Assembly (NCBI GenBank): GCA_951406725.2
Contig: OX597821.1
Span: forward strand, 61,008,001-61,072,000
Direction of reading: 5' to 3'
Length of the DNA stretch: 64,000 nucleotides
Source: Octopus vulgaris
Lineage: Eukaryota
Positions 58,031 to 64,000 of this stretch are shown piece by piece (position 1 is the stretch's first letter; the number at the start of each line of letters is the position of its first letter). The notes under the pieces are model-generated. The model saw only the letters and a list, made by a program, of their open reading frames with translations, did not search any database and was not told the origin of the DNA. The translations under genes were made by a program, and so were the position numbers.

Positions 58031-58766
58031 TATATATATATATGTGTGTGTGCACATATATACATATATAATATACAATTATATATATTTATACATGAGT
58101 GTATTTATACTAGTCTATTTTCTATCACATCGCGTTGTCACAAACTAGTCTCATTCAACAGCATCGTCACGCTGTCTATATAAATATAAATAAATGCATC
58201 TACCATATTATATAAAACATGCTTGTGAATAAAACATAACTAATTAACTAACAAATACATAATATTCCCTTTTCAACATACATTAAGTCCCATCTTGCTA
58301 GACTTTACTACATATACCTGATACTTCTTCTTGGTGCCTATGTGTCTGTAGGAATGTAAGTTTCCGTTTATATTCATCGGCAAATATGCCTTAGGCCGGA
58401 ACTTTCTATAAAATGCGCATATCATTATTCCCATATTGCAGTATAATTCACAGAACTGCATTGTAGCGACATTCACAAACACAAGCACATTCTAAATCAA
58501 AGCCAAATATGTATTGCTTTTCAGTTTATGATACCTTGTTTTATGATTCTCCAATTCCAGACACAGACTTTATAACTTCTCTGAAACACTTTGACCTCAG
58601 ATACCGATATTCAAATGTTCAAACTGAACAGTGAACAGGAATTGAAGTAAACTTTACAAGCTCATTCGCATTATAGCATATATGCATTCCTTTCCTTCTA
58701 TCTTGTATTCCATGTATGCGTGTATATACATACATACATACACACGCACACACACATATACACACG

Positions 58767-58867
<101 letters not shown>

Positions 58868-60439
58868 GGTACAGAACAAAGCTCGTCCAACTTCAAAATT
58901 ACACAGTAGAATCGGTAGTTCTATTATATACTTCTAAGTTTAAGTTTGGGCATTTGTCACGTGTGAATGTAAAAGTGAAGAATGTGGAGTCGAGAACGAG
59001 TACGGTTGGACATTTATTTATTATTCACTTCAATTGTTTCGACGCAACATAGTTCTCCAAGAATACTGGTATTTGATTATGTCACTGTTTGTTTGCATAA
59101 TGAGATCTGTTGGTGTTTCCTCATGCAAAATACGAGTGTTGTCTCCGTTAGTTTGAAATCCTCGACTTCATATCGTCGACTTATCTGTTCATCGTAGTTT
59201 GAATTTAAGTAGAGCTTGACAGGCCCATGGTGTTTGCCGCAATAGCGCATTTGTCGGATTGTTATTAATGGTAGTAGACAGTACTGGCTGGCTTTTAAAT
59301 GGGATTGGTTTTCTATTTGGTTGTATCTCTCATCTTTTCTATTTGGATGTATCTCTGATCATGGCTGGCTACACATGTGACTGCCTTAAGCAGAACTTTA
59401 GTATTTAGTGGTCGGACACATACACACATACATACACAAACTCATATACACATTCTCCCACAGAAACATATGCACTCACATTTAAATATTCACACATTTA
59501 CATTCCCGTACATACGGGCATATACATACCTATATTTAGGCAACTATAAATGCATAAATACATATGCGTACATATATATACATACAACGATCAACATATA
59601 CACTATATACACTTATGCATTTATATATATATATATATATATAATTATTCCCTTTCGCATTTGTGCGTACATAAACGTATCTACATATATGCACATAGTT
59701 AAGTAAATTAACGTACCACTTTGACTTGCACATGTATATAGCGAAGCGCGTGTGTATGCTGGGGTATTGACGTGCAGAGTTTACTCGGACGCATCAACTT
59801 AGTAGTTTTCCTACCAGGCTCTTTTGTCGAACCGCAATTTTACGAGGACGAAAACAAACCAACACCAGCTTTTAGTTGGTGGTGGTGGGAGAGTAAGTAC
59901 ATACACACACATACGAGGGGATTCTTGCAATTTCCGTCTACTAATTCACTCACAAGCCTCTGGTCACCCGAAGTACTACGCAATTTGACTGAATTCGAAA
60001 CCGTGTGGTTAAAGAGCAATCTTCTTCCTACTGATCCACGCCTGCCACACGACACAGCCACGCCAACGCTATGTGAAAACTGTTTAGAAGATGTAAGTTC
60101 TTTGTGTTCGAACGATGAAGGTTAGTGCTCAGACTTCAGTCGAGTAGGTAAAACTTTTTTAATATTGCGTGTTTATTTAGGTGTGCTAGCGTTAGGTCAC
60201 GGTGTTGCTAGTATAGAAATTTTTAGCTAAATTATTGTTATAGAGTTGATAAAATAAAGTAAGTATGTGAAAAGCTTAGCTGGCTGCTTATTTCTAACTG
60301 ACTTTAATTGTGGTTGATATTTGAATACCGTTTAGACAATTTAACCTTCTTATTTTGTGAAGGTATCATTTGGGAACTATGTTGTTATAAATATTTCTTC
60401 TATTCAGTATCAAAAATTAATATTTATGATATATCATAG

Positions 60440-61410
60440 ATATATATGTTGATTAAAGTTGAAACACTGTCTGGTTTTTACGTCTTTTATTATTGTATTT
60501 TTCAAAAGAGTTTTCACAATGTTGACGTGTTTTTACAATGTTGACGTGTTTTTATAATGTTGAGGTGTTATTTACAATGTTGAAGTGTTTCAACAAGTGT
60601 TACAATGTTGAAATATTAAAAAAAATTATAATGTTCATAAAGTTCAATTAACGCTTTTATACGTTCGTAGTAATCATCATATTTCAAAATTATTTAATTG
60701 ACAGTTGAGTTCTTGACAGCTCACGAGTCCACAGATAACAAATACGGAACACTAATGTTCGCCAAATTTCATTGACGAATATGAGGTCAGAGAATATTTC
60801 TAATTTTTCTTTTCCACAAACTACATGATACAAGTGAGTTTGGAAGAAAGATAACGAAAAACGTTTTATTAAAATGTTCAAACCTGTTCTGAACGGAAAT
60901 AACAACAACAATATAACAACCAGTTAATGATGTGGATTTAAAAATATCTTTAACATGTGAATTTAAGCACATTACAGAAGACTTCCACCATTTGAAATGA
61001 AAACGATCGAAACCAACTAAGTTTGCTCACTCATAAACCGCAATCTAATTGGTTAAAATAAATGTGGGATCTATGCCAGTAATATCGGCGCGACCGGCAA
61101 ACCGTGACGTTTAAGCTGTATGCTGATTGGTGAAAACCGTATTCGAAAAATCCAGCTTGTTGGAGCATTCTAAAAGTTATAAAAAGGAAGAAGTCAGTCA
61201 TTTTATTACAGTTGTCAAGAATTCAACAGTCAGTTAAATACATTTTGAAATACAATGATGACTAAGAACATATGAAAGCGGTAGCTGAACTTTATGAACA
61301 TTACAAAATATTTCTTTTAATGTTTAACACACTTCAACATTGTAAAACAAAAATTAAATACAATAATAAAAAAATTTGAAAACCAGACCTTATTTTAAAT
61401 TTATTCAATT
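60440..61410. mobile_element. Old fold-back/MITE-like element with long inverted ends
   Basis: aatgttcataaagttca pairs with tgaactttatgaacatt; gttgagttcttgaca pairs with tgtcaagaattcaac. A 20-bp tandem repeat tttttacaatgttgacgtgt is in the left arm. Confidence 0.65.
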
Positions 61411-61412
61411 GT

Positions 61413-61482
<70 letters not shown>

Positions 61483-61485
61483 TTT

Positions 61486-61710
61486 ATGGTGCATTTTAGA
61501 AAAAACAAGTAAGGAGTCAATATCCTCCTCCGTCATCACAAGAACTGGAGAGTTATTTACCTGAATAATGGACAAAACTTCATTGGGAAACAATTTAATC
61601 TTTGTACGAGTCCATACCTCGTAGAATTCAAGCTGTAATTACTGCCAAAGGCGGTCCTACCCCATATTAGAATGAATTTGTTTGTAATTTTGAGGTCCAA
61701 CCGCTGCATA
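61486..61710 (+). pseudogene. Tc1 transposase C-terminal relic
   Basis: LWCILEK..QYPPPSSQELE...SLYESIPRRIQAVITAKGGPTPY*. Confidence 0.8.
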
Positions 61711-62048
61711 TATATATATATGTGTGTATATATGTGAATATATATATATATATATATATATTCACATATATACACACACACATATAATAGGCATGTGTGC
61801 GCATATACATATATATGTATATATGTATGTATGTATGTATGTATGCATATATGTATCTATCTATCTACTTATGTCTTTATGTATCTAGCTATATATATAA
61901 ATATTGTATCTTTATTTTGTATTTTATTTTGTATTTTATTTTGTAATTTTATTTGTATAGTTTTTACGTCCGTTTGTGTCACATTTTGTTCTTTCCTTGT
62001 TTTTACCCCTCTGCGAAGTAATTTCCTTTAATTTCTTCGTAAGAAGGG

Positions 62049-62123
62049 CTAGTTCGATGAGTCGTGTTCTGTCCTCACCTTCGAAACACACTGGAGTTGA
62101 ACTAGGGACAGCTGATGAAGGGG
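62049..62123 (+). ncRNA. Candidate non-circularly permuted hammerhead
   Basis: Stem III gtgt/acac, stem I ctgtcc/ggacag, stem II cttc/gggg, GAAA at 62083-86 preceding CTGATGA at 62112-18, extra helix ctagttcga/ttgaactag. Confidence 0.65.
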
Positions 62124-62499
62124 ATTTTTCCTTGTGTAGTTTGTCAAGTACTTTGTTTTTTCTTTGTAAAAAGAAGGTTCGTTCCATGCTTGTTTTCGTT
62201 CTCGTTGAGTTCTGCGTCTATTTGTGGTGTCCTCTACTCACGTATATATATTTATACATGCATGTATATATACATGTAGATGTAGGTACGTACATATATG
62301 TATGTATGCATATATTTTATTTATTACACTATTGTATGACTGAGCGCCTTCGCGTCGATTCGATTCGATTCGTTCCGTTTCGTTTCGTTTCTTCTTCTCC
62401 CAGTACAGTTTATATAAGGCCCTCTGACAGAACACATTGCTTTCTAAAGAGAAGTGTGTAAGATAATCCTCATTGCAAGGCCTCCAATATAGCAGAATA

Positions 62500-63090
62500 A
62501 GTTGATGTCCGTCCCAGAATAGCTGTCAGTTATCTCTGCAAAATTGGCTATTATGGCAGAGCAGGAAGAAAGAAGACACTGCTTCGACCAGCCAATATCA
62601 AATGGAGAAAAGATTGGACAAGTGAGACGGTAGAGAGGTCACTAGCACTTTGGGACACTGTCAAATTCTCTGATGAATCCAGATTTGCTGTATTTTCTGA
62701 CACTGGTCGAGTGTGGGTCTGGGGAATCAGTAACCAATATTTTCACGTGAATATATTGCAGCCAACAATGAAACGTGATGGTCTGGAGAGCAATTTGGAG
62801 CAATGGTCAATCAGAAATGGTGGAGTGTGAGGGATACATAAACTCAGATAAATATGTGTCCATATTATAGAAAAATCTTCTTCCTATATCCTCCAGTGGT
62901 AAAATGATTAAAGAACACTATTTATGGAAGATAGGGCGTTCTTGCACAACTAAAAGACCCAGGATTGGTTGGAAGAGAATGGCATTAAAAAGCTTCCATA
63001 GCTAAGCCAATCACCAGATATGAACCCTACTGAACACATCTGAGGCATGATGGATGGGACACTTCCTAAAAAGAAAAAGAAAGCATCCTT
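62500..63090 (+). pseudogene. Tc1 (DD34E) transposase relic
   Basis: GYYGRAGRKKTLL...WDTVKFSDESRF...GRVWVW...FMEDRA...WLEENGIKKLP*LSQSPDMNPTEHI. Confidence 0.85.
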
Positions 63091-63155
63091 GAAGCCAAAT
63101 CTTACCGGAAGAAATCACTTATTATCTAGATCACCGGTCAACGTACACATAATTT

Positions 63156-63195
63156 AAGAAATTTGAAAAGCTGAACGCGAAACCGGTCATTTCTT
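63156..63195 (+). ncRNA. Minimal hammerhead ribozyme, U3-A8 core variant
   Basis: aagaaat-TTGAAAA-gc(tgaac)gc-GAAA-ccgg-TC-atttctt; 7-bp stem I and a GUC site. Confidence 0.65.
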
Positions 63196-63315
63196 CTATA
63201 CTATGTCATTGTATGAAAAAAATTTATAACATTCTTCAGACATATTGACTCAAATATATATTTTTTAACCTTTTAAAACAAGCCTTCTGTAGTTTTTTCA
63301 CTTTTTACTATTTTC

Positions 63316-63915
<600 letters not shown>

Positions 63916-64000
63916 TATATTATATTAAATTAGAGATAAAACCACTATTAAGCAAATCAAACAGTGAAAATCATAAGCCAATACATAGAAATAATGATTT

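Noticed and set aside
59280-59330. CCAAT and TATA-like words on the minus strand
   Set aside because: Such words are common in AT-rich DNA, and no transcript evidence is available.

Overview
AT-rich, repeat-saturated eukaryotic DNA with very dense (TA)n/(CA)n/(GA)n/(AAT)n microsatellites. The SINE families and microsatellite load resemble an octopus (cephalopod) genome; this is an inference. No intact host gene is recognisable, and almost all tracked ORFs are microsatellite read-throughs. A few minus-strand mini-exons with strong splice signals hint that the window is mostly intron. Transposon content: several tRNA-type SINE families, two non-autonomous Helitrons, a young 5'-truncated CR1-type LINE, an R4/Dong-type LINE, RTE and Penelope-like (PLE) fragments, mariner/Tc1 relics and fold-back elements. 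The most interesting signal is at the RNA level: a set of hammerhead ribozyme (HHR) motifs in PLE-like remnants, mostly beside (TA)n. (i) Canonical minimal HHRs sit at both ends of a 2.9-kb near-perfect palindrome. (ii) Two unrelated loci carry a compensatory U3-A8 core. (iii) Two sequence-unrelated loci (23.8 kb and 62.1 kb, plus two decayed candidates) have the three HHR strands in reversed, non-circularly permuted order, with covarying stems and an extra shared helix. All structures were read by eye; none is experimentally tested.
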